A DNA stretch of 64,000 bases from Eledone cirrhosa (taxonomy: Eukaryota): positions 241,304,001-241,368,000 of the forward strand of contig OZ024740.1 of the NCBI GenBank assembly GCA_964016885.1. The letters run 5' to 3'. Shown piece after piece: positions 25,926-40,062 of this stretch. Under the pieces are notes generated by a model. The model made no database searches and had not been told where the DNA came from. It was given only the letters and a program-made list of their open reading frames with translations. The position numbers and the translations under genes were made by a program. The first letter of the stretch is position 1; each line of letters begins with the position of its first letter.

Positions 25926-28904
25926 AAAAAAAGTGAACAGCATCTTTTGTGGAATTCGAATTCGTACCTGCCTATAACTAGCGGCTGCACTCTCGTTTTA
26001 CCAAAATGAGGCTGACCAACTTGGTCGACTAATTTTCATAATAGAAATACTTGCGTTGAAGCAGCCTCCTTTAAGCTAACATACATTCAAAATTTATAAT
26101 TTGCTCAACGCTTCGTCAATACGATTGATTCCAGACTTATAAGGAGCGTATAGTTTATTAACTTGTTCTTACTGTTGTTGTTGTTTAAGCTCAAGCCAAG
26201 TTTGACAGAGAAAACCCTATAACTCAAAGTGTCGTAGCCACATCAATCACATCAATTGTACTTAATGTAGTTCTGTTGTATGGTGTAGAGGGTTCCCTCC
26301 TCTTTTGGGGTGGTAGCCACATAACGCCACCTGGATTAACACAACCTCATGCCCCATGGGTACATTTAGTGAAGTTCTTTATGTTGTATTTAGACGAGGG
26401 TCTCGACAAGGAATAACCATGACATTATAGCGCACCGACACTGTCTAAACATTTCTAGATATCAAAAGTGTAAACAAAACTCACTGGATTGTGTTTTCAC
26501 CTTTGTCCCAGTCCTTCCTCATCAGGACGTAATTCTTCAGGAACTCCCTCCGTGAGTATATTCTTACCTCAGTCTTCATTTACTTAATTAAACTTTCGAT
26601 TACAAAACATCTCACTACTTCTGAGGTATTGTAGGGAGTACTATTAATGCAATTCTTTGAAATATTCACCAAGTTTCATACAGTATACATGACGATCGTG
26701 GGAGTCACGGCCATGGATTAGGTAGAGCTTAACGATGCATGAGTGACCCATCTGAAAATCAATTTTTATTTATGAAGGATCTCTCTATACTGTGGTCGCA
26801 TATGTGTTAAGTAAAAACCGTTAGGTTGAGGGAAATGTTGATATAAAGTAGTAGTGTGATGAAGGTTCTTTTATATTTGAAAATAATTTTACAATTCCTT
26901 AAACGTTTCGAAATTATAGAACTTAGTCTAAGAGTGATAAAAGAAAAAATGCCAAAATATATTTTAGCAACTTTAGTTCTTATTTTTTTATAAATCACAC
27001 AAGTTTTAAATCCTGTGTTAAAATTGAATGGATATTAATTAGCTTTTCTAAAACAGAACTAAATATATATGTGTATTTTAGTGTGAAGAATAATAAATTT
27101 GAGTTAAGCTGTAGACAATCACATATATTAATATGTGTTAAATTTGTTTCATTAAACAGTGTAGCAAAACCGCAACTTTCCTCAGATCCCTTCTTTATCG
27201 TCATTTTAAATTATATCGGTCGAAAGTTGGTTTTCAAGTATATTTTTGCACGTCATCAAGCAAATATTAACCGTCTTCTCTATTATTGGAAGATCAAATA
27301 CCACTAGTAAGAGAAATCGTGCTTTAAAGACATAAAATCCCATTGACAATGGGATTCTACACCATAAACGATGTACATTTAATTTAATCAAATCTTAGTG
27401 TCCAAGGCAGGAATAATGAAACACATCGTGTTTTCCTTTTAAGAAAGACACAAGATAATTACCAGGTTGTGTACGAATAGTAGCAAAGACAATAAAAACA
27501 CTTCGAGTCATAAAGAAAGGCAAAAGAAAACAACAAAGAAAGTAATAACAAAAACCACTAAAAAGGAATCGAAGTAAAAATTTACCTGAAGTTCTGAAGA
27601 ATTCAAGAGCTTGAAGATCCAGATTGCGAAGATTGAAATCAATAATGGCATTAAACCATAATGATTTCACACAAGTAATTGTAAAAGAGAAGCAAAAGCT
27701 TCTAAATCTGAAGTGATTTGTTCATAGTATTAGTTTTTGAATATATAACGATTTATTTTGTGGAATAATTTACAATGGTCCTTCTATAAAACGTGGGAAT
27801 TGTATTAGAAACTGCAGGATTTTATTCGGTGAAGTAATAAATACTTTTAAGGCAGGAATTTGCAGAGAGAATGAAAACAAATGACAGGATTAGATAAAGA
27901 TTAAAGTTATTAGTTTGACGTTCAGAAAAAGTGAAAAAGGTTACTCATGGCGTTTCGGATTAAGCCCTTCTTCTGAAAATAGAAGGAGAATGGTAAAAAG
28001 AATGGAAAAAAGAATGGAAAGATGTAGAGAATTTAAGGAAAAGGTTGTAGGCAAATAGTTTACGTATGGATAGATTGATTAAAGAACATGTGTGTATTCA
28101 GTCAGCCATTTGGGGGAACAAAATATATGCACATATATAACACTGTCACACTGAATCGCTATGAGATCAACGTTATAGGTACACGTGTCTATGAAATCCT
28201 TTGATCAATAACTGGATTACTCGTTATTGAATTCGACAGAAATCGAAACATTGATCACCTTCTGACAATGTGAGGATTTAATACTCTATACGTCTTCTGT
28301 CTAATAGTATCTCATGCTGTAGAACAGGAGGGAATTTCACAATGGGTCTCCATTTCCGGTTGACTATACTTACACACCTAATACCTTCTATAGGGGCATG
28401 AATGTCAACTAATCACATCTTCCTCTCATAAAGATGCCCGGTATTGTGTTCACATATTTATAACATATTATTTGTGGTTGATATTGTTGTTGTTGTTGTA
28501 TTGACGCACGTCAGTCCTGATCAAGGAGACTCGTGGACAAAGGGCATTCTAGCAGGTTTAGCTATCACGTAGATGTTTCCTCGTTGCCTCGTCAACACAT
28601 TCATTAATATAATAGGCATCAGCGTTAATAACGCTCCGCATACGTGATATTGGTCACCGTTTTCTGAGATAGACTATTTAGTAAAGGAAAAATCAATATT
28701 TCTTAAGATACTGCTTATAATGAGAAGAGATTTCCACACATTGTATACAGCAAAGTGTTAAATAAGAAGATTTCATTAGAATATGGTGACCTAGCTTCTC
28801 TGTTAACCTTCAGAATTATGTATGTACACACATATGCACGCATGCACACGTACACATGCATTCATAGTATACTTTTATAATAAACCTACAATTTAGCATT
28901 AGTA

Positions 28905-28975
<71 letters not shown>

Positions 28976-29061
28976 GGAAAAATTTGAACAGGAACAAACA
29001 GAGAGGCAGTACAACGAATGTTTATTAATTTCACGCTCTGGAGAGTGGGGTGGTGGTGGGG

Positions 29062-29095
29062 AACGACGTTTCTGGCATAAGCCCTTCCTCAGGTG
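29062..29095 (-). ncRNA. Degenerate minimal hammerhead in a pLTR-like fragment (about 28972-29250)
   Basis: Minus: ac CTGAGGA ag ggc ttat gcc a GAAA cg TC gt. Confidence 0.5.
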
Positions 29096-29263
29096 AGAAG
29101 TGTGTGGGAACAGAGTTCAAAGGGTGTGTAGGGGAGTGGTGGAGAGACATATAGCGAAAGGAAACGGTGCGAATGAAATTAAAAATAAAAATAAAAATAA
29201 AGCATGATCAAAATAAAAGGAATGAAATAAAAATAAATATAAAAGCATGATCAAAATAAACTG

Positions 29264-29314
<51 letters not shown>

Positions 29315-29829
29315 TATATATTATTATTATACTTGGGGAGGGTCATATTTGTGTAATATTGCCAGAATTAATAACAGAACACACTCACTGTCTGGTTGGT
29401 TTTCGCTTTTCGCTTCTGTGTCTTTTATATCGGTAATCTAATTTATTCGGTCCTCAATGTTGCCATTGACTGACCAACGGTCAAAAATAATACAGATACA
29501 ATATAGACACAAACACATATATATAGTTTATCAAAGTTCTTTCGTTGCACATCTGCAACATCGTCAGTGGTGCTATTGTTTCCTTCCGTTGCATTGTATT
29601 TTCTACGCCATCTTTATTTAGTCTGTTTATATATTTATTTATTCGTTTATTTTGTTTTGTCTTCTTTGCGCATGCGTTTGTGTGTGTGTATAGTGTTTTG
29701 TTTGATGTGTGTTCGTGATTGGGTGACAGTGTATTGGTTAATGTATTCTATCTTTACTAGTGTATGTTTATATGTGTTTGTTGTTATTGTGCTTGTGTAT
29801 GTATTTATTTATTTATTTATCTATTTATT

Positions 29830-31922
29830 TATTTATATTTCTCTTAGGTCAGTGTTGTTTGTTTGGGTGTTGTTGTTATTCCATTCATTCTTTCTGTTTA
29901 GCCTTGGCCTTCTAAGTTCTATTTCACTAGCCTCTCTGATTTGCCTATCTGCTGGGTCATTTCTATGTTTAGATATTATTCTAATTTCTATGTTGTCTAT
30001 GTTACCGTCGTGTTGTTGTCTGGCATGTTCGTATAGTGCTGAACCGTTTTTTCGTCCTTTTAGTTCCCCCCAGTGTTGGTCTATCCTTTCACCTATGCTA
30101 CGAGCTGTCTAGCCTATGTATGTTGTTGTCATGTTTCTGCAAGTACCCTCTGTACATCTTATGCTATAGACTACGTTTCTAGTTTTACAGTTTATCCGGG
30201 GGTTTACCTTACATATGATACATTTCCTATTAGTACAGTGGGTTTTCTTAAAAGGGTAGGTTTTGCTGATCAGGGATTTTATGGTGGTTCCTGGCTTTTC
30301 TACCACCTTAATCTTTAAGTGGGTCTTTCTCAGGGCCTTTCTACACTGGTTAGCTAATTTCCCTCCAGGGGTAGCGTCCACAAACATGACACTCTGGTAT
30401 CTCTGGTTGTCGTACCATGCGGTGGCTTTCCCTATCTTATGTCTAGCCCTATCTAAGCTATTCCATGATTTGCTCCTGTATAATGGGAAAATTCCTTTCA
30501 TGTCCAGTTCTATGAGGGTCTTATACTTCTCCATGGCTCCTTCGTATACTCTGACTCTGTCTCTTTGGTTGTAGCCAGAGAACTGCATGCGGCTGATGAA
30601 GTGTTGGATGTATCTTTCCATTTCTGTTGGGTCCCACATGCGGGACACATTCTTCATCACTCGTACCAGATCTGCGATCAGAATATTAAACTTAGCACTA
30701 CTGGACATTGCTGAGCTTTTGAGTATCAGGTATTTGGAGGCCATGGGTTTAGCATAGTGTGAGTGGAGAATTTGGGCTCTCTCGTCTATAGTGTTAATCC
30801 AGAGTTCCGTGTCTAATACAGGTAGTCTATTGTTAGGGTGTTTGGAAGGGTAGTCGATAGTTACAGTTATACTCTGGTGTATGGAATTAGCTATCTGCTG
30901 GATGCTTTCCATTGTGCTACGTTCTAAATCAAACTTGTTAGTGCTCTCTAGTGGGGATGTTCTTATAACTATATTGATATCGTCTACGTAACGAGAGTAC
31001 ATGATGAGGTCTATGGAGTTCTCATTAAGGAGATCTTTAAGTCTCCTTTCCCACCATACCATAAAAAGGTTGGCAACATCACTAGCTATGCTGACGCCGA
31101 TGGCTGCTCCCTCATTTTGGGTGTAGATCTTCTCGTTGAACTTGAATATGTGGCCCTTTAGGGTAGTTTTGATACTAGCCCCTATTGCATGTGCGACCAT
31201 TTTTCTTACCTGATCATTGTTTTGGGGAGTCTGTATAGCTTTGGTCCACCCAATCCACCTTCCCATGGGAGTCTTTTTAGCCATTGAGGTTATGGGGGGG
31301 GTCTACCTCTTATAGGTCTACTGAGGCAGAAACGTCTAAGGTCATGGCTGTCTAGGTAGTCAGTGTCGTAGGTAAGTCTAAGTAGGAGGCCCAGTTCGTC
31401 TGCGTCGACGTCGCAGAACTCCACCTCACTCTCAATGATCATCTCCACACATTTTCCCACAGCAAAATCAATGTTAATGGATGGGTACAGTGACACCACA
31501 TCCATGCTGCCTATTATGCAGTTGGATAGGTTCCTGTTGTTGTTGCACTCACTGATTCTGCTGAGGAGGTCCTCTGTACTGTCACATACATCTGGGGACA
31601 TCTTGATTATGGGGCGTATAACCATTGAGAGAAAGTAGGAGATCCTGTAGTTCCTAGCATTATTTGCTCCGCATACGGGTCTTGTTGGTGGTCCTGTTGT
31701 CGGGTCGTCGACTGTCTTGTGGTCTTTGCGGAGCCCATACAAGGGTGGTATGCCATTGTTAGACGCCTGGAAGTTGTTGGCAGTGCGTCTGCTTGGCTTT
31801 AGGATGTCGGTCCACATCATCATGTGAGCGTTGAGGGTTTTCTGTCCCCCATCATGTATTTGCTGTGCAATTTCGCTCGTGTTGGTGATGTCGGGTTGCA
31901 TAGCCTTGATGTAGTTCGGCAT
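29830..31922 (-). pseudogene. Penelope-like RT + GIY-YIG, with one frameshift (about 31290) and one nonsense codon (30109-30111)
   Basis: LYGLRKDHK, PTRPVC, GSMDVVSLYPSI, YTQNEGAAIG, YSRYVDDI, LPVLD, CTNRKCIIC, NVVYSIRC...YIG*TARS...RIDQH...EHARQQH...RQIREA. Confidence 0.93.
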
Positions 31923-32290
31923 GCTATCAGAGAGGCCAGTGAAATAGAACTTAGAAGGCCAAGGCTAAACAGAAAGAATGAATGGAATAACAACAGCACC
32001 CAAACAAACAACACTGACCTAAGAGAGGTATAAATAAATAAATAAATAGATAAATAAATAAATAAATACATACACAAGCACAATAACAACAAACACATAT
32101 AAACACACGTAAAGATAGAATACATTAACCAATACACTGTCACCCAATCACGAACACACATCAAACAAAACACTATACACACACACAAACGCATGCGCAA
32201 AGAAGACAAAACAAAATAAACGAATAAATAAATATATAAACAGACTAAATAAAGATGGCGTAGAAAATACAATGCAACGGGAGGAAACAA

Positions 32291-32342
32291 TAGCACCACT
32301 GACGATGTTGCAGATGTGCAACGAAAGAACTTTGATAAACTA
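32291..32342 (+). ncRNA. pLTR hammerhead of PLE-2 (mirror copy on minus at 29524-29575)
   Basis: cca CTGACGA t gttgca gatg tgcaac GAAA gaac TT tg; stem I weak. Confidence 0.65.
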
Positions 32343-32603
32343 TATATATGTGTTTGTGTCTATATTGTATCTGTATTATTTTTGACCGTTGGTCAGTCAA
32401 TGGCAACATTGAGGACCGAATAAATTAGATTACCGATATAAAAGACACAGAAGCGAAAAGCGAAAACCAACCAGACAGTGAGTGTGTTCTGTTATTAATT
32501 CTGGCAATATTACACAAATATGACCCTCCCCAAGTATAACAATATTTGTTTCGACACACGATTTCATATAAAAAACCTCGCAAAACTATATATATATATA
32601 TAT

Positions 32604-33662
<1,059 letters not shown>

Positions 33663-34586
33663 GTATGTATGTAAGTATATCGGCGCCACCTTCAATTTCT
33701 TAGAACTTCCGTATATCAGAGAGATCTTTCAGCTTTCCTATCTTGTATCGTGTCTTTGATACCGTCTAGCTTTACCTCTGATGTTATTTTCACCAGTGTA
33801 TGTTGAGTAGTACATTTTTCACAAGGGAAAAATCTAATATCTACAGCCACGTCTATCTCCTTTCCTCGTATGCGCGAATTCTGGTGGATCGTACGTGTAC
33901 TGAACTGCTATAAATAGTTAGGTCATTTGCGCCATAGACCTCCAACTACCACATCCTTAATCTCCACATATATCACAGTCAACATCGAAGTGTTCAGCCA
34001 TGATTACGAGATTACTGTCATCCGTTATCCAGGTAGTCGGCGGGAGGATGTTTGTTTTCGGCATCTCAAAACGAAGAGAGCTGTTGGTGGGGTTGGCTAC
34101 TTATGGTGGTCGAAAACTGTTTAAACCTTGTCACATACTACTGCAAACAGGTCTAGCATTGTTAGTTGTTTACATGCATATTTATTTATATTTATTTATT
34201 TAATTTGTCATGTTTTGGCGTGGTGTTTTACGAGTGAGTTTACAGCATGGCAGGAGTGTATTTTAGCATACAGCCAGCACTATCGAGGCTATATATCAGG
34301 ATTAAAGCGTCGTCTATATAGAGTTTCAGTTTATATTTGAAGTTATTGCTCTGTTAGGCTGGTTTTAATGAAGCTTACAGAATTTGCATCTCCTGCGCGT
34401 GAATAATGCTTTATTTGTTCAGACTCTCAAACTCATTAGATAGGTTATGTTCAATACAAGCGAGAAGCAACGTTTTTACAAGTATTTAGAAGTTAATGGA
34501 TCACGAGCTAGACGTTTTCCTTTGTTGAGGGAGGAGTGACGTTTTACGGTGTTAGTCTCACGCTGTTACTATTGTATTATTTTGTA

Positions 34587-34773
34587 GGGGTGGATTGGCA
34601 GTATCGGTAGAGGGTCGGACGCCATGCTTTGCAGCAAAGAGTTACGGCCGTTTATGGTCTGAGTTCAAATCCCACTGAGGTTAACTTTGTCTTTCATCCT
34701 TACGGGGTCGATGAAATAAAGTACCAGTAATGCACTGGGATAATTGCTGGCCTTGTGCCAAAAGTAGAAATAA
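34587..34773 (+). mobile_element. tRNA-derived SINE with TSD
   Basis: Family consensus; attattttgtaggggtg duplicated on both sides. Confidence 0.85.
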
Positions 34774-35337
34774 TTATTTTGTAGGGGTGCTTTTGGATAC
34801 CAATGGATATCAATCGACGTGGCGACTAGACCTATATTGTGGGGCTGGAAGAAATGGGCTATTAGACTAATAGCAGGATGGTAGGGTGAGTGGGAATGAT
34901 ATTAAAACAGGCAAATGAATGTGTTTAGAGATATGATGGAGGAAGGGACTACCTGCGTGTCAAACTGTCATGTCTCATGTGACCATTAATGATTTTTCAT
35001 ATATCTAACGTAAAGTAATAGAAATGAGAAGCAACAGTACAAAAATACAACTCTTAACCACACATATGCACGCACGCACGTGCACACACATACACATACA
35101 TGCACTTACACAAGCATACACACATATGTCTTTTATTTAACCTGAATTCTTTTCTCGAGAGTTGAATTTCACGCCACTGCAATAATCATGTCAACACAAT
35201 TCTCGTATGATAATCGATAATGGCGTGAAACTCTGCGAGAAAGGAATTCACTTCAAACAAATAAAACATAGAGTCTACAACAGGGATTAATTACTCTCTT
35301 ATTAATTCGTCAACAAAAAGCAATATTTGAACATACC

Positions 35338-35368
<31 letters not shown>

Positions 35369-35517
35369 TGTATGTATGTATGTATGTATGTATGTATGTA
35401 TGTATGTATGTATGTATGTATGTATGTATGTATGTATGTACTCTTTTACTCTTTTACCTGTTTCAGCCATCCGGCTGAGGCCATGCTGGGGCACCGTATG
35501 TATGTATGTATGTATGT

Positions 35518-35780
35518 TTTCTCTTTCTCTTAATTTCGAGTATATTTTTTTGACCGGCCACCTTCCTGGTGGCAAGGTTGTAAATGAAAAGAAATTGTCA
35601 TCCCTTGAATCGCAAGAATGTTTTGCAAATTTTGAAGGTGCCAGCTATTGCAGCCATTTGCAGACTATGAATTAGGGAGCTGCGCTTTTTGTCCGCAAAT
35701 CCAAGTTCAGTCATACTTTGGTCCAAGCGGGTTGGTATATAACCCGTAGCTCCAATAATGATGGGTATGAAGCTAAAGGT
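35518..35780 (-). mobile_element. 3' end of an RLE-type (R4/Dong-like) LINE within (TATG)n
   Basis: FIPIIIGATGYIP...LQMAAIAGTFKICKTFL, typical RLE C-terminus; (TATG)n on both sides. Confidence 0.7.
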
Positions 35781-35863
35781 GTATGTATGTATGTATGTAT
35801 GTATGTATGTATGTATGTATGTATGTATGTATGTATGTATGTATGTATGTATGTATGTATGTA

Positions 35864-35909
<46 letters not shown>

Positions 35910-36071
35910 TGTGTGTGTGTGTGTGTGTGTGTGTCTACATACACTCCTCATATACCGTACATACATATCCCACCCATATATATAAGCAGCATTACTTCTT
36001 GCATTGCAATAATTTCATCGTATCAGTTAAACAGCACTACCATCCTGTTGAACATGAGCAAATCAGAATAA

Positions 36072-36247
36072 TTGTTTCTACTTTAGGCACAAGGCCAGCA
36101 ATTATCCAGTGCATTACTGGTACTTTATTTTATCGACCCCGTAAGGATGAAAGGCAAAGTCAACCTCGGCGGGATTTGAACTCAGATCGTAAAGGGACGT
36201 AACTATGCTGGAAAACATGGCGTCCGACCTTCTACCGATACTGCCAA
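36072..36247 (-). mobile_element. tRNA-derived SINE with TSD
   Basis: Family consensus; aaatcagaataat duplicated. Confidence 0.85.
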
Positions 36248-36710
36248 AATCAGAATAATGAAGACGAGCTGACACTCGTTATCCGAAAAAATATAATAGA
36301 AAATCTCCAAGGATACGAATATTGTTTGTTAAATGATGAAGGGGCGAATTGGCAAGTTGGAAACGCGGCTAAAAGGTCTTGCAGTTTTCGTTCCAGCTCT
36401 CTGAGTTCAATTCCCACCGAGGCCAACTTTGCCTTTCGTCCTTTCGAGATCTATAAGAAAAGTACCAGTCTAGTACTGGCATCGATTCTTTCTATATATC
36501 ACTTTCTCTCATTCTTGCTCTCTCTCATTTCTCTTCTCTAGAAGAAATCGGTTGTGCAGAGGGGATGGGCTCCACAAGGTTTAAAGTTCCCCAGACCCTA
36601 TGTCATGACGTCACCATTACAACGACTCAGTAAGGAGCTACGGATCCATATAAATACTTATAGAATTATCTAAATATGTCTACAAAGTTTCATTTGAATG
36701 TATCCGATTA

Positions 36711-37714
36711 TCTATATATATAAAATAGACTATGTGTGTGGTGTGTGTGTGTGTGTGTGTCTCTGTTTCTGCATAACCTCTACAACTTGCAACCGATTTT
36801 CTTCAAATTTGACGCAAACATGCGTTATGTTCCTGCCCATCGTATGAACTCATTACAGTTTCAAATTTTTGTCTACTGCACTGCTCCCTCTATAAGAGAA
36901 AAACCGACTAAAAAAAAATCATTTTTGTCAATAACTTCTACAGTTCACACCCGATTTCCTTCAAATTTGGAACAAACATACATTATGTTCCCGACTTTAT
37001 TTTGGACTCATAACATTTTGTTTAGTACACCCCCTGGACTAGAAAAATGAAATCGAAAATTCCGCATCGTTATAACGCCTACAGTTTGCGACCGATTTCC
37101 TTCAAATTTGGAACAACTATGCCTCATATACCAAACGTTATTTTGGACTAACCAGTTTTTCTAGTTTTTATCTAATTCAGGCCCTGTGTGAGAAAAACTA
37201 ATTTTCAAAAAGTATCGACATCAATAACTTCTATAGTTTGCGGCCGATTGTATTCAAATTTGCACCAATTATGCATTGTGCTCCGTTTAATATTTTTTAC
37301 CCATAAGCCTTTAGTTGTTCTGCCTACTGTAGCCCCTAGCAGCGGAAAATCAACACAAACGGCCACCTCAATTACTGCTTGGTCCATGCAGGTTTATCGA
37401 TTTTTCCCCACTGGCACAGATGTTTAGTATAAAGGGCGCATTTCATAAGACATCGGTTGTACCAGAAAAAGCTTAATTGGTGAAAAAGAGTCAGAACGGA
37501 TCTATTGAAAAAGTCCCCGCCAACGGTTAGCAACAATAACACCGGGTGTTACTGGTTTATTTTTTTCACCAAAGAAGTAGGGCACAAACTACAACCTATG
37601 TTTCCGCTCCATGTGCGCAACTCACAATCATATTTGATTTTTTATTTATACGTGTTACTACACTTTTGAAGTTTAATTTTTCCTATCCCATGCAACGCTG
37701 GGCTCCACTGCTAG
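36711..37714 (+). mobile_element. Non-autonomous Helitron
   Basis: A|TCtatatatataaaat at the 5' end; 3' hairpin cccatgcaacgctggg plus CTAG|T; internal degenerate repeats (ccgatttccttcaaatttg) about four times. Confidence 0.8.
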
Positions 37715-38277
37715 TAACTAATAATTTATAACAATGTTATTGTGAACTACCGCGTATTCACTATTAATCTGAGCGTTATTCATTGATGAAATTATTACGG
37801 AATATTGGTTTTTACACTTACTGAAGGCTATAGTTTGTGGTTTGATATTTAATTGATATATTAAAAACCAAGTATATTACAAGCAGTTATTTTGTTTCCT
37901 CTAGAGAAACATGGTATATCAACTGATTAATTCGAAATATTGGCTTCTTTTTGTGAGTGGAGACCAATGTCTATCAACTAAAGTTCTAGTTGCTATAATA
38001 GACTTCAGTATATTACGTGTAGTTGTGAGAGTGAACAAAGTAGTCTGTAAGTAGTCGTTTGATGTACTAGAAAGAACAACCACATTATTTTCAAATCCAA
38101 TCCTTAGAAAAAATGGAGTATTAGATAATGTTGTCTTAGGTGCACTCCATCAATGAAAATAAAAGATGGTCACAGATGGATTGCCTTTAGTCATAGGTAT
38201 ACCCGGTTCAGGGCCGACCTGGGGCCGAGCAAAAACAAAAATCTGTAGTTGTTTTATTACCTATGAAGTTATGTGAA

Positions 38278-38720
38278 GATGCGTGGGTTAGGGGTTAGTG
38301 TATTCGGCTGATAATCGTAAAGCTGTGAGTTCGATTCGCAGATAAGTGTTGAATTCTTGACTTACAAACTCTATTTCACTTTTTATTTATGATGTGATGA
38401 AATTGTTCTTTAAGGAAAAATTTTGAATATATAAAATCAAATTTAGAAAACTAACTTTTTCATCAATAATTCAAAAACAAACAAACATATCTTAACCAAT
38501 TATAAAAGAACACAGATAACACACTTATATGTCTCATAGATAACTCAGCTATTAAACATGAATTCTACCTATAGTCCACTTACTGTATCATGCTGAGAAC
38601 TACGTTATTGGTATGTGTGTTTGTGGAATGCTCAGTTACTTGCACGTTAATTTGACTAGCAGCCCGTTCCGTCGTTAGAACAACTGAAAAGCTCCTTTTT
38701 GTGAACCGACGGAAGTCCGA
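38278..38720 (+). mobile_element. Decayed tRNA-SINE, second family, interrupted
   Basis: Box B gagttcgattc at about 38327; tail homologous to 51330-51420. Confidence 0.5.
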
Positions 38721-40001
38721 CAACAAAGAAGTAATTAAGGAAAAAGCCAGCTTTACTGTAAACTCGCTACTGTAACCTCAGGGCTTTGCAGAGAGCTCGA
38801 ATGCTTATGACTCTCTTTAATGTTTTATTGATCTGAATGAAGGAATATTGCTACAACGAGGAATCGAGAAAGGATTATCTATTTTGCCCCCGGAAACATA
38901 CCTTTTGTTTTTAGGCTTGTGACACATATATAATGTGATGTTATCAACTGAAGTAGAGTAAGATATCGGTACCGTTTATCGATTGATAATCGCATTATCA
39001 AGTGCTCTATATATAATGCAATAGATGCAAACAACTATACAAATTAATTAAAATACTGTGTTGACAGAAGAGAGTTAATTTTTCCACAGTCTCTAGGTTT
39101 AAAATACTGTTGGTCTCGCTTTTGTTTTACACGTTTTGGTTTGAGAAATTTGTTTGAAGAAATCTCAGATATGTAAATATTTCGCGTATGTTCAGCTAAA
39201 AGAAAACAAACCAATATTACAAGGTATATTAGTGCACTGATATTGCCTATTTAGTTGCGTATCTTTATTCCCTGAATGCAAATCTCACAGAGGTTGATTT
39301 CCCTTTTCAGCCTTTTAAAGTCGATAAAATAAGCATTTAACTATATCGATGTAAGAAATAAATATTACAAGTTTTATTATCAGGAATTGTAAAGTAAGAG
39401 CTAAGTAAGTGGTATGTTAAGGCGGCGGCATGATTTCAATCCGAACTTGATATCAATATTCACCTACTTCAAAGAGGCATAAACGCTTCACTTCCTATTT
39501 CACTCTGAGACAAAATATAGAACGTTGTGACTATTCAAAAAGAAACAAATTTTACAAGTTTTACTGCGATTATAGATTCTCACGGAAATTTGAAATTAAA
39601 ATATAAATAACATTTCAAAATAACATTTCATTTAAAAACTGCTATATCACATAGAAACTGGACCTATTAACATTTGATATAGTTTTATAGAACTAAATGC
39701 CTTTTAATTTAATTTCTAAATTGAATAAAATAACGTTTGAAAATTGTTGGCAAGTAAATATTTCATCATTTATAATTTATACATGTTTGATCGACCTAAA
39801 ATATAATTGCTATTATATGCCACACAGCATAGGCCACCAAAATGAATTTGTTTTCATGTGACCTATTAGTAATAACCACACGCTTTGAACTACTTGTTTT
39901 TTAATAACATCGATTTTCTTCCCCTGAAATCAATCATCTTAATATGTTTTTATTCGTTATTTGGATCAAATTTGATCTCACTGGCTCACCATAACTGTTG
40001 C

Positions 40002-40062
<61 letters not shown>

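Larger units (their letters stand above)
29327..32586 (-). mobile_element. Penelope-like element PLE-2 with about 610-bp inverted pseudo-LTR
   Basis: 29327-29940 is the reverse complement of 31926-32539; RT/GIY-YIG frame on minus; (TA)n flanks. Confidence 0.95.

Noticed and set aside
26490-26540. Minus-strand CTGATGA...GAAA
   Set aside because: No pairing for stems I, II or III.
27585-27710. Possible minus-strand host exon (MPLLISIFAIWIFKLLNSSELQ then gtaaat)
   Set aside because: No recognisable homology or partner exons; cannot be supported without RNA data.
27940-27980. Minus CAGAAGA agggcttaatcc GAAA cg hammerhead relic
   Set aside because: Cleavage triplet and stem I are lost; probably a dead pLTR, so not counted.
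29567-30112. 181-aa hydrophobic ORF and its mirror 31820..32299
   Set aside because: Antisense reading of the A/C-rich PLE 3' region.
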